Positions 1 through 8,818 of a stretch of DNA of 38,036 bases are shown one piece after another. The position numbers and the translations under genes are program-made. The notes beneath the pieces were generated by a model that saw only the letters and a list, made by a program, of their open reading frames with translations, was not told the DNA's origin and made no database searches. This DNA comes from Verrucomicrobiota bacterium (GTDB lineage: Bacteria > Verrucomicrobiota > Kiritimatiellia > UBA8416). Every line of letters starts with the position of its first letter. Within the stretch, counting starts at the first letter, position 1. The stretch covers positions 1 to 38,036 of the forward strand of contig JABGOW010000489.1 in the NCBI GenBank assembly GCA_018645275.1, written 5' to 3'.

Positions 1-1
1 C

Positions 2-637
2 GCCTTTGAGCTGATTCCAGAAAACCTTCGGGAGAAGGCGGCCGGGCATCTGGTAGAGCTGGTTCACGCGGCTGACGATCATCTTCGCACCGGGTTCCTC
101 GGCACGCCGTTTATCACCTCGATTCTCGACGATATGGGACACAGTGACCTGGCACGCAAGGTCCTGTTCAAAGAGACGTACCCCTCCTGGTTCTTCTCGA
201 TCAACCAGGGCGCCACGACCATGTGGGAGCGATGGAACAGCTACAGCCACAAGGATGGTTTCGGCAATGCCGGCATGAACTCGTTCAACCATTACGCCTA
301 TGGCGCGATCAATAGTTGGATGGTCGAGCGCCTGGCAGGACTGGCTCCGGATCCCGCGCAGCCCGGCTACAAGCACTTCTTCATTCAGCCGCTTCCCGGC
401 GGTCCCCTGAAGTCGGCGGAGGCGACGCTGGAGACCCCGTACGGCCCGGCGAGGAGTGCGTGGACGCTGAAGGGCGATAGGCTACAGCTTGAAGTCACAG
501 TCCCGCCGAATACGACCGCGACGCTGCGCGTGCCGGCAGGCTGGTCGGGCAAGAATCTTCCGACAGAGCTGGCTCCCGGTAAGCATCGGCTAAAGTTGGT
601 GCGCAACCTTGCCAAAGAAGAGGAGCATCATGGATAG
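2..637 (+). CDS. Alpha-L-rhamnosidase (GH78), C-terminal part; 5'-truncated by the window edge
   Basis: Frame is open from base 2 (AFELIPE...HLRTGFLGTP) into ORF 134..637, with GH78 motifs GATTMWERWN, MNSFNHYAYGA, PGYKHFFIQP and VTVPPNTTATL. Confidence 0.9.
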   Translation, partial: AFELIPENLREKAAGHLVELVHAADDHLRTGFLGTPFITSILDDMGHSDLARKVLFKETYPSWFFSINQGATTMWERWNSYSHKDGFGNAGMNSFNHYAYGAINSWMVERLAGLAPDPAQPGYKHFFIQPLPGGPLKSAEATLETPYGPARSAWTLKGDRLQLEVTVPPNTTATLRVPAGWSGKNLPTELAPGKHRLKLVRNLAKEEEHHG

Positions 638-2000
638 ACGGGAGTTCGTGAAAAGAACAGGAGCTGCGGCTCTTGCGGTCGCAGGAAGCTCAGCATATGC
701 TCGCGCTGAGACAGCGGGAGCGAAGCGGCCGAACATCCTGCTGATCTTCTCGGATCAACAGCATTGGCAGGCGCTGGGCTTCATGGATCCGTTCTTCGCC
801 ACGCCCAACCTGGACGGGCTGGCAGAGGAAAGCGTGGTGTTCGAGCGATCCTTCTGCAGCACCCCACAGTGCTCGCCAAGTCGATCATCTCTCCTGACCG
901 GCTTCTACCCGAGCACAACTGACGTTCTGGGCAACGTGGGAGCCGCTGGAGGCAATTCCCTTGCGATACCAACGATAGGAAAGGAGCTCCAGGACGCCAA
1001 TTACGTGACCGGCTATTTCGGCAAGTGGCACCTTGGCGGCAAGGCGGTTGCGACGGCGGGGTGGGACCATCATGACTTCGCGACCAATGATCGCAAGGCA
1101 GAGTCGGGCGCCCTTGAGTTTCTCAAGACAAAACGCGATGAGAGCAGGCCATTTGCGCTGTTTGTGTCGATCAACAACCCGCACGATGTTTACGCCTTCA
1201 AGCGACACAAATCGAACCGTGGTGACGTCCCCATGCCACCCTCCTGGGCTGGCGAAACATTCGACGGCAAGCCCCCCATCCAGAAGCAATTCATGGAGGA
1301 GGATCAGGGAAAGGCGATTCATGGCCACCCCCGCGATGAATGGCAGAAGTACAGGGACTGCTATCGCAGCAAGACAGAGCTATACGACCGAAATGTCGGA
1401 GCGATCCTGGATGAACTGAAACGACAAGGTCAGTGGGATAACACAATCATCATCGTCACATCAGACCACGGCGATATGGACACGCAGCACAAACTGATCT
1501 TCAAAGGTCCCTTCATGTACGAACACATGATGCGCGTTCCGCTGATGATTCGGGTTCCCAGGGCGTTCTCCACTCTTGCCCCGCGCCGGATCAAAGAGAC
1601 CGATGTGGTTAACGTCGATATTGTCCCAACCATCCGGGATTTCTGCAGTCTACCGAGCCGGAACGCGCACGGCCTCTCACTCGCGCCCCTGTTTTCTAAA
1701 CCGGAACACTACACCCCCCGGGATTTCGTCATTGGACAGTACTACAGCAAGCAGAAGTGGGTAAACCCGATTCGGATGATTCGCACCGGCGACTACAAAC
1801 TCAACCGTCATATTCCCTGGGGAGACGAGCTATACGATCTGAAGCATGATCCCCACGAGTTGACGAATCTTGCGGACGACCCACACTACGCCGACATCAA
1901 GCGCGACCTGGAGACGAAGCTGGACCGATGGCTCAAGGAACACGATGACCCGTTCTACGCATTGCAGGCCACCTCCCGCCAAGGCGAGACACTCGACTAA
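630..2000 (+). CDS. S1 sulfatase, Tat-exported
   Basis: AGGAG at 621-625 precedes ATG 630. MDRREFVK is a twin-arginine signal. Motifs PNILLIFSDQ, CSPSRSSLLTG, GKWHL and TSDHG. Confidence 0.92.
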   Translation: MDRREFVKRTGAAALAVAGSSAYARAETAGAKRPNILLIFSDQQHWQALGFMDPFFATPNLDGLAEESVVFERSFCSTPQCSPSRSSLLTGFYPSTTDVLGNVGAAGGNSLAIPTIGKELQDANYVTGYFGKWHLGGKAVATAGWDHHDFATNDRKAESGALEFLKTKRDESRPFALFVSINNPHDVYAFKRHKSNRGDVPMPPSWAGETFDGKPPIQKQFMEEDQGKAIHGHPRDEWQKYRDCYRSKTELYDRNVGAILDELKRQGQWDNTIIIVTSDHGDMDTQHKLIFKGPFMYEHMMRVPLMIRVPRAFSTLAPRRIKETDVVNVDIVPTIRDFCSLPSRNAHGLSLAPLFSKPEHYTPRDFVIGQYYSKQKWVNPIRMIRTGDYKLNRHIPWGDELYDLKHDPHELTNLADDPHYADIKRDLETKLDRWLKEHDDPFYALQATSRQGETLD

Positions 2001-2015
2001 CCACTGGTCTTTGCT

Positions 2016-4250
2016 CTACGGAACACTCAACGCTTCGAGAACAAGCGTCGAGAGCAGGCGATTCCCTTGGGCATTCATGTGGACGGAATCCCCGGTCAGA
2101 ATTCCCCTTTCCGCATTCTCCGGATTGTGCTCTTTGAGATAGGTGATGAACGCCTTGCGCAGGTCAAGTAGCTGGGAGCCACTCTCCTTCGCCACCTTCC
2201 GGCTGATATCCGAGTACTGGTCGAGCATCTTGTCGTCGGGATTCGAGCCATCTGTTTTCTCGCCGATCACCGTCGGCGTGCAGAGGATGACTCGCGCGCC
2301 AACAGCGTTGATCTTGCCGATCATGTCTTTGAGGCCGTTTTCAAAGTCTTCCGGCGTCGTCCCCTTCTTCCCGCGCGCCACCACCCTGGGATGGGTCCAA
2401 TGCCACACATCATTGATGCCGATATAGATCAGGACGATGGTAGGCTTCTTCTGGAGCACATCGCTATCAAGGCGTCTCTGACAGTCGGGTACTTTGTGTC
2501 CGCCCTTGCCGGCGCCAATGGTCTCAATATTCAGGCCTGCGTACGCGTTGGAAATCGCCTGTGACGTCAACGTAACGTAGCCACCGGGCCTGACACCCGC
2601 CGCCGTGATCGAGTCCCCCAGGAATACAATCCTGTCGTTCTGCTTGAGCGACTTCCCGCCAAGGGATTCGGCCTTCGCCGGGGCAGGCTGCGCGTCTGTG
2701 AGATCCCACGTATCGGTACGGAATGGTGAGGCAGGAAAGCCCTCTGTGCTGTAGAGACTGCATCCAACCGGGTTGTCTGCCCAAGCATAGCGCACAGCAG
2801 CAGGATCCTTGATGGCGGCCGCACTGACCTCCACGCAATCCTCGCCATCGCGCTGCGCAATGGCGGCATCGGCCCAGACAAAGGTCTTGTCCGGTCCAGC
2901 AATAGCGAAGCCCTTCAGCTCGCCTCCTTTGGCCATAAGCCCAGAACCCGTGTAGTCAAAGCTGACGACAACCGTGCTGCCTTCAACGGCAAATGACTTC
3001 ATGAACGGGGTCGTTGGCGTCCCTCTGCCATAGGTCTTGTTCAGAATGGTCGAGGCTAGCCGAAAACCGACATCCTGCTTATTCTTCGGGTGGATGTTCT
3101 TGGCTTCTCCAATGTCGATCGTGGTGGTGGTGTAGGCTGACGGCGTGTTCTGGGCAACATGCACAAAGCTCTCGCGTATCACCGGCCAGATATTGTCCGA
3201 CTCAACCGGCGCCACTTGCTCCTTTTTGAAGTTGGGAAGCTGTACGGCATAAAAGGGAATGTCCTGTCCCCATTCCGTGCGCCAACAACGCACCATGCGA
3301 TCCAACTGGACGCGATAATGCTCAGCAGTAGCCAGCGCCTTGGCATTCCTTTCGCCCTGGTACCACATGGCCCCCTTGATTGCAAAAGGGAGCAACGGAT
3401 GGATCATGCCGTTGTACAGATTGGCGGGGTAGTTCTGATTCAGGCGTGGATCGGTCTTGAGTCGCGGACGGCGCGGTGCACGCTTCTTCTGGACCTTCGC
3501 CGCAGCAACGCTGTCCTCCCACGTCTTCAGTTGCTGTTCATACTGGGCCTTGGCCTGCTCTAGCGAAAACCCCTTGGCTCTGACGTCAGACGCGGCTTTG
3601 CTCTCACTGGCAAACGGATCCTCTGTCTGCGCCGCTAGAGGCGTCCAGGCTTCGACACAGGTTCCGCCCCAGCAGGACGTGAGCAGTCCAATCGGAACCT
3701 TGAGATCCTTATGCAGCTCCCGCCCCGTGAAATAGGCCGTGGCTGAGAAATTCTTGACGGTATTCGAAGCACAGACCACCCATGCGCCATTGCAGTCCGA
3801 AGCTTCCTCCAATACCGCCGCGCGCCCAACCATGAAAGAGCGGATATGAGGATAGTCGGCCTTTGCCACCTCTTCATCGGGATTGTTCGCCTTGGAAACC
3901 GGCCACGCCATGTTCGACTGGCCCGAGCACAACCAGACATCACCGGAGAGCACATTATTGATCTCTACGGTGTTGTTGCCCTTGATGGTAAGCGTAAACG
4001 GACCTCCGGCAGCCGGTGTCTGAAGCTTTACCTGCCACTTGCCGGCTTTGTCTACTGTCGTTGAGGCCGATTTGCCCCAACTGCCGCCCACGGTCACCTT
4101 CTCGCCCGCGTCGCCCCAACCCCATACAGCGGCTTGCGTGTCGCGCTGGATAACCATGTTGTCCGTAAACAACCCGGCAGGCTTGATGTCCGCCATAGCG
4201 ACAGATGCCACCGTAGCCATTGTGATAATCATCAGTCTTCGTGCATTCAT
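2016..4250 (-). CDS. Sialate O-acetylesterase (SASA) fused to a C-terminal SGNH/GDSL hydrolase domain
   Basis: Signal peptide, then GDVWLCSGQSNM, WYQGE, IHPKNKQDVG and VRYAW. Second domain has FLGDSIT, IGINDVW and DSVHMN. Confidence 0.9.
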   Translation of the reverse strand: MNARRLMIITMATVASVAMADIKPAGLFTDNMVIQRDTQAAVWGWGDAGEKVTVGGSWGKSASTTVDKAGKWQVKLQTPAAGGPFTLTIKGNNTVEINNVLSGDVWLCSGQSNMAWPVSKANNPDEEVAKADYPHIRSFMVGRAAVLEEASDCNGAWVVCASNTVKNFSATAYFTGRELHKDLKVPIGLLTSCWGGTCVEAWTPLAAQTEDPFASESKAASDVRAKGFSLEQAKAQYEQQLKTWEDSVAAAKVQKKRAPRRPRLKTDPRLNQNYPANLYNGMIHPLLPFAIKGAMWYQGERNAKALATAEHYRVQLDRMVRCWRTEWGQDIPFYAVQLPNFKKEQVAPVESDNIWPVIRESFVHVAQNTPSAYTTTTIDIGEAKNIHPKNKQDVGFRLASTILNKTYGRGTPTTPFMKSFAVEGSTVVVSFDYTGSGLMAKGGELKGFAIAGPDKTFVWADAAIAQRDGEDCVEVSAAAIKDPAAVRYAWADNPVGCSLYSTEGFPASPFRTDTWDLTDAQPAPAKAESLGGKSLKQNDRIVFLGDSITAAGVRPGGYVTLTSQAISNAYAGLNIETIGAGKGGHKVPDCQRRLDSDVLQKKPTIVLIYIGINDVWHWTHPRVVARGKKGTTPEDFENGLKDMIGKINAVGARVILCTPTVIGEKTDGSNPDDKMLDQYSDISRKVAKESGSQLLDLRKAFITYLKEHNPENAERGILTGDSVHMNAQGNRLLSTLVLEALSVP

Positions 4251-4380
4251 TCTGTTGTTCCTTTCGTTGTGGTCCTAACGTTATCCGTAAGTCTCTTTAG
4301 TAGCGAACTGATTTCCGAAAGTAGCCCCGGGCCGTGCATCCTCCAAATCAACAGCTCGATATCTTCGCAGGTCTTTGCGC

Positions 4381-4457
4381 ACCAAACACCAAACACTGAA
4401 TACTGAACACTGAACACCGAACACCGAACACTGAACACTGAACACTGAACACTGACC
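4381..4457. repeat. Heptamer tandem repeat, 11 units of ACTGAAC and variants
   Basis: accaaac x2, actgaat, actgaac x2, accgaac x2, actgaac x3, actgacc, read directly. Abuts the sulfatase stop at 4459. Confidence 0.95.
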
Positions 4458-4458
4458 T

Positions 4459-5973
4459 CTACGCCCCCATCAATCCCGGCGCAACAACCGGATCATCCAA
4501 TTCTTCGATCAGCTTCCGCAGCTTCTCTTCCATGCGTTCACGCACTGCCTTGTATTCAGGATTCGAGGTGCGATTCTCCATTTCGTCCGGATCATTCTTC
4601 AGGTCAAAGAGCTCCCATTGGAAACGGCCCTTCATGCCCGGGTAGTGGATCAGTTTGTAGCGCTCGGTGCGCACCCCGATCATTTCGGGCAAACGCTCGC
4701 CGTGGCTGTAGAAATGGTAGTAGGAGGCATCGCGCACCTGCTCGGCTTTGCCCTCCAGGATGGGTTTCAGGGAATGGCCCTGCATGTCGTCAGGAACCGG
4801 CAGCCCCGCGAACTGCAACAGCGTCGGCGCAAGGTCGACATGACTGACCATAGATTCATGCACCATACCGGCCTCAATGACGCCCGGCAGACGGACGAGC
4901 AGTGGCTGATGCATCGGACCCTCATACATCCACTGCTTGTTATACAGTCCATGCTCGCCCAGAGAGAAGCCCTGGTCCGAGGTATAGATCACCAGCGTGT
5001 CCTTCGCGAGACCACTCTCATCGAGGTACTTCAGAATCCGCCCTACATTGTCATCCACCGACTTCACCAGCCGGTAGTACCCCTTGATGTACTCCTGGTA
5101 GATGGCGCGCGTCAGTTCATCTCTTGTGATGTCCGGATTCTGCTTCTCCAGCTGCTCGCGATGTTTCAAAAAGGCCGGCCCCAACACCAGGCGATTTGCG
5201 GTCATAATGTCTGCGATGGCCTCCGGAGTTCGCCCCTCATAGTCATCCAGCAGCGTGGTCGGCTCGGGGATCTCGACATCCTTGAGGAATTCCTCGTACT
5301 TTTTCGGCGGGGTATACGGCGCATGCGGCGGCTTCGGATGCAACAACATGCAGAAGGGCTTTCCACCCTTCCGGTTCTTGAGCCAGGTGAGCGCCTCTGT
5401 CGTCATTACGTCATTGTTGTAGCCCTTGAGCTTCCGCCCGCCACTGAAACAGCTCTTCCGGTCCTTCGGCGACCAGGGAATCCACTCATGCTGCGGCTCG
5501 TACACCGTGGGGTTAATGGCCATGCCCTGCATCTTCATCACGCAGTAGTGGTCAAACCCAGTCGGCTGGGAAAGCAGGTGCCACTTCCCAAACAGCGACG
5601 TTTCATAGCCGCCGGCCTGCAGCAGCTTGGGGAACGTCTGCTGCGATCCGTTGAAGTTTTGATTCAGGTGCGTGGTACCGTTCTTGTGGGAGTACTTCCC
5701 GGTCAGCACCACCGCGCGCGAGGGCGTGCAGAAAGAGTTGGGCGTAAGCGCATGCTCAAACCGCATTCCTTCACTAGCGATCCGATCCAGCGCCGGGGTC
5801 CGGATATCCGTGTTCCCATAACACCCAATGGCCTTCTTCGCATGGTCATCCGACAGAATCAGCAGAATGTTTACCCGCCCTGCCCCAGCAGGCGAGCGTG
5901 GCGGGTTTGGACGCGTCGCCGCAACCGCGTTCATTCCCAGTAGTATCGACAGACATGCTATTGATTTCTTCAT
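4459..5973 (-). CDS. S1 sulfatase with Sec signal peptide
   Basis: Start reassigned to MKKSIACL (5973), with GAGGA upstream. The longer ORF runs into a REP-like element. Motifs NILLILSDDH, CTPSRAVVLTG, GKWHL and SDQGF. Confidence 0.92.
   Translation of the reverse strand: MKKSIACLSILLGMNAVAATRPNPPRSPAGAGRVNILLILSDDHAKKAIGCYGNTDIRTPALDRIASEGMRFEHALTPNSFCTPSRAVVLTGKYSHKNGTTHLNQNFNGSQQTFPKLLQAGGYETSLFGKWHLLSQPTGFDHYCVMKMQGMAINPTVYEPQHEWIPWSPKDRKSCFSGGRKLKGYNNDVMTTEALTWLKNRKGGKPFCMLLHPKPPHAPYTPPKKYEEFLKDVEIPEPTTLLDDYEGRTPEAIADIMTANRLVLGPAFLKHREQLEKQNPDITRDELTRAIYQEYIKGYYRLVKSVDDNVGRILKYLDESGLAKDTLVIYTSDQGFSLGEHGLYNKQWMYEGPMHQPLLVRLPGVIEAGMVHESMVSHVDLAPTLLQFAGLPVPDDMQGHSLKPILEGKAEQVRDASYYHFYSHGERLPEMIGVRTERYKLIHYPGMKGRFQWELFDLKNDPDEMENRTSNPEYKAVRERMEEKLRKLIEELDDPVVAPGLMGA
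5869..5908. mobile_element. 36-bp palindromic insertion inside the sulfatase CDS, copy A
   Basis: GTTT-ACCCGCCCTGCCCCAGCAGGCGAGCGTGGCGG-GTTT, with CCCGCC/GGCGGG inverted ends and a GTTT direct repeat. 29/33 identical to 8572-8604. Confidence 0.75.
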
Positions 5974-6032
5974 CGTATGGTTCCTCTTCTTGCTTACTCT
6001 AATCCCTCGGGCCACTGGCAATTCTCCATTTT

Positions 6033-6171
6033 TGGAGTGCGGCGATGAAATCGCCGCTTTCCGCGAGCGCGGAGCGCGTGAATGAACCCAGAGCGATCTA
6101 CTCAATCTACACCCCTTGCCCTAGTCACGCTCCGCTCGAATCCAAAGCGGTGACTCCGTCACCGCACTCCA
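6033..6171. repeat. Inverted pair of GGAG-type REP-like palindromes (REPIN-like)
   Basis: TGGAGTGCGGCGATGAAATCGCCGCTTT (6033-6060) and inverted AAAGCGGTGACTCCGTCACCGCACTCCA (6144-6171). Confidence 0.8.
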
Positions 6172-6174
6172 TAT

Positions 6175-6303
6175 CCCCAAGCTTGACTTCTTCGGCTTTC
6201 AGCTCTCTTCCGTCCACTTAGCCCCGTACACCGGTGCCGACCATCCAGTTCTTCACCACAATGGCCGGATTGACCAGTGGGGAGTCAGGTGTCGCATCGA
6301 CAT
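6175..6303 (-). pseudogene. Short protein-like gene fragment with an in-frame stop
   Basis: Reads VDATPDSPLVNPAIVVKNW...G*VDGRELKAEEVKLG. No start or RBS. Lies between the sulfatase stop and a REP. Family not identified with confidence. Confidence 0.45.
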
Positions 6304-6306
6304 ATC

Positions 6307-8679
6307 TCACCACGTCGGTGTCACGAATAGATTCAGCACCGAGAGCTTTGCCTCGGGTACCTCCAGCGAACGAATCTCGCGGCGCAGGTTGCGTATGGCG
6401 ATAGCGTACCGTTCATCTTCGACCGGTTTCTTGATGACGCCCCTGGCGGTCCGGATGGCCTGGTCAAGGGCTTTGATATCCAGACCGAGCTTGAGGGCGT
6501 TCTTCCGGGCGTCAGCGCCGGTATTGATTAGAGAGATCAGGCCCGGGCGCCAGGCATAGGCGTTGCCCGGATCGTCGGCAATGCTCCATCTCGTGTTGCC
6601 CGTGGGACCATGCCAGGGGGGGACGCTCTTGGACCGGACCAGGAAGCCGTTCTCATCGCGCAGGCAGAATATCCCGTGCGTCATTCCTGGGGGTGCAATC
6701 GCGGTCGCGATTCCATCGCCTAACTTGGCTGGAGCTCTGAACCATTCCTCGCAATGCGCACCTTCCCGCAACAGGTCCGACCCGTTCGCCGTGTAGACGA
6801 AAGCCGCATCGACGATCCGGGACCTCCCCTTACCCGTCTCAAATCGAACCGATACACGGTTGCCCTGCTCGGTCAATTCGAGCACGTTGGGGAGCTTGTC
6901 CGCGCCCGGGCACGTGCGCTCTGCGGGAACAACCTCTGGATTCTTGTATGGAAGCTGAGCCTCGAACTCCTCGAACCAGGCGTTCAGGTCTGCCAGCAGC
7001 TCCTGCCGCTTCTCCGGGTAGGTTTCCGCCAGGTTCTCCTGCTCGCCGAGATCAGCGCGGCTACCGTCCTCGTTGTAGAGCTTGAACAGCTCGATCGCCG
7101 GCCGTTTGTTCATCTCCGGCGCATGATTCAGGACCAGCTTCCACCCCTTCTTACGGACGGCACTCGAGGACGTGCCACCCACCGGCACGGTGAAGTAGAG
7201 CGTGTCACGCACGCTGCCGTCGGCGAACGTTGCTTCGTCCTGCTCCCCTTTCATGAGGGGGTAGATGTTACAACCGTCGAGGTCCAGCATGCTGGAAGCC
7301 ATGCTCGAGGCGCTCTTTGTAGGCCGGGAACGTTTCCCGGCCATCTCAGGCGCGGCCTCGTCATGGGGGACGGGAGACGCTCCCGTCCTACCTTCATACT
7401 CCACACCCGCCATTGCCATGAATGTCGGGAAGAGGTCAATCAGGTTGATCGGTGTATCGCTGGCACTGCCCGCCTTGATGCCCGGCCCCTGGATAATGAC
7501 CGGAACACGAATCCCGCCCTCGTAGATGGACGATTTACCCGCACGCAGTGGCGAGTTATCGGCCACGCGTTCCTTCGTGCCGAACCGGCCCTCGGCCGCG
7601 CCGTTGTCGGCGCTGACCACGATGTACGTGTTCTCGATCAGCTTGTGTCCGGGGTTGCGCGGATCGTCTGTCGTTTCGAGGAAAGTCAAGACCTTGCCGA
7701 CCATCCAGTCGAGACCATCCACCATCGAGGCGTAGTAGGGATTCTTCTGCCCCAACTGCTCATCCCATGCCTTCTTAGTGATTCTGCCCGAATCGGTCGG
7801 GAACGGTACGCCCATCTTCTCGCAGTAGTACGCAAGCCTCTTACGATCACGGGTGCTGATCGGGCCGTGAACCAGCGAGGGACACAGGTTGAGGAAGAAG
7901 GGCTGACCCGAATCCTTGGCCTTGCCCAGCCAGCGCACGGCCAGCTCACTCACCCCGTCACGCGGGCGATCATCATCGTTCGGATCGGTGCGAAACGGGT
8001 CATCCGGGCTGGAGGTGGCAAAGCCTGTGTGCCGGGGCTTAAGCGGCTGCCAAATCCCGTTCCAGTAATCACCCTTCTGCGGCATGTCCTTGTCCCAGAC
8101 GTCGGGGTCGTTGTAGTCCTTGGCCTTGCCGCCCCAACTGAAGTCGAAGCCATAGTCCAGCGGGGCCGGATACCCGCTGTTCCGTCCGCCGATATGCCAT
8201 TTCTTGATGTGGGCAGTCAGGTACCCCGCCCCTTTGAGCATCCGCCCGATGTTCGGTCTGGAGAGATCAAGTCGCATCGGGTAGAACCCATCGATAAAGA
8301 CCGATCCTTGGTTATGCGGCCGCGGCGGCGTGCTCCCCATCACGTGAAGGACGCCGGTGTGAGGCGTGTACTGCCCCGCCATATAGGCCGCGCGTGACGG
8401 CGCACAGGTGGCCGCCGGCGAGTAAGCCTGCATAAAGCGCATGCCGTTCTCCACGATCCGGTCCATGTGAGGCGTCTCATAGACCGACGCCTTCCCATGC
8501 ACGGCGCGGTAGTAAGCCGCCACATCCTGCCAGCCCAGGTCATCCGTCAGGATGTGGACGATGTTGGGTTTACCCGCCCCACCCCGGCAGGCAAGCGTGG
8601 CGGGCTTTGGAGCGGCAAACGTCATGCCCCCACTCAGAACCGCGCAAACACACAAACAACTCAACTTTGATCTTATCAT
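6307..8679 (-). CDS. Large S1 sulfatase with a C-terminal extension and in-frame repeat-derived inserts
   Basis: AGGAG precedes MIRSKL (8679). Signal peptide, PNIVHILTDDLG, CAPSRAAYMAG, KKWHIG and SADNG. Confidence 0.9.
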   Translation of the reverse strand: MIRSKLSCLCVCAVLSGGMTFAAPKPATLACRGGAGKPNIVHILTDDLGWQDVAAYYRAVHGKASVYETPHMDRIVENGMRFMQAYSPAATCAPSRAAYMAGQYTPHTGVLHVMGSTPPRPHNQGSVFIDGFYPMRLDLSRPNIGRMLKGAGYLTAHIKKWHIGGRNSGYPAPLDYGFDFSWGGKAKDYNDPDVWDKDMPQKGDYWNGIWQPLKPRHTGFATSSPDDPFRTDPNDDDRPRDGVSELAVRWLGKAKDSGQPFFLNLCPSLVHGPISTRDRKRLAYYCEKMGVPFPTDSGRITKKAWDEQLGQKNPYYASMVDGLDWMVGKVLTFLETTDDPRNPGHKLIENTYIVVSADNGAAEGRFGTKERVADNSPLRAGKSSIYEGGIRVPVIIQGPGIKAGSASDTPINLIDLFPTFMAMAGVEYEGRTGASPVPHDEAAPEMAGKRSRPTKSASSMASSMLDLDGCNIYPLMKGEQDEATFADGSVRDTLYFTVPVGGTSSSAVRKKGWKLVLNHAPEMNKRPAIELFKLYNEDGSRADLGEQENLAETYPEKRQELLADLNAWFEEFEAQLPYKNPEVVPAERTCPGADKLPNVLELTEQGNRVSVRFETGKGRSRIVDAAFVYTANGSDLLREGAHCEEWFRAPAKLGDGIATAIAPPGMTHGIFCLRDENGFLVRSKSVPPWHGPTGNTRWSIADDPGNAYAWRPGLISLINTGADARKNALKLGLDIKALDQAIRTARGVIKKPVEDERYAIAIRNLRREIRSLEVPEAKLSVLNLFVTPTW
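7319..7391. repeat. GTAG-type REP doublet inside the sulfatase CDS
   Basis: GTAGGCCGGGAACGTTTCCCGGCC ... GGACGGGAGACGCTCCCGTCCTAC, same layout as the intergenic copy at 36611-36674. Confidence 0.8.
8566..8608. mobile_element. 36-bp palindromic insertion inside the sulfatase CDS, copy B
   Basis: ACCCGCCCCACCCCGGCAGGCAAGCGTGGCGGG (8572-8604), with GGGTTT and GGGCTT 36 bp apart. Translated as KP-ATLACRGGAG-KP. Confidence 0.75.
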
Positions 8680-8743
8680 CCTAAATCTCCTATCCATTAC
8701 GGTCGTTCTGTCAAAACCTCTTCGTCAACCGATCGCCAACACC

Positions 8744-8818
8744 ATCCTGCCAGCTCCTCCGCTCCCCCACAACGGGCAACCAGCATCATCTGAGAATACC
8801 GATGCATCATTCTGGGGA
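8744..8818 (-). promoter_or_regulatory. Direct-repeat (ATGATGC x2) promoter upstream of the sulfatase
   Basis: GCATCAT at 8783 and 8804 (21 apart), with -10-like CAGGAT at 8744-8749. Geometry matches the sites at 30.5 kb and 36.5 kb. Confidence 0.65.

Noticed and set aside
4381-4457. Repeat arrays (also 27675-27765) as CRISPR
   Set aside because: Units are 7-12 bp with no unique spacers, and there are no cas genes.
5974-6105. N-terminal ORF extensions (also 10577-10696, 20015-20110, 25754-25897, 31054-31251, 36439-36660)
   Set aside because: They run through REPs, promoters, gene scars or neighbouring genes. Downstream ATGs have better RBS, signal-peptide or domain-start context.
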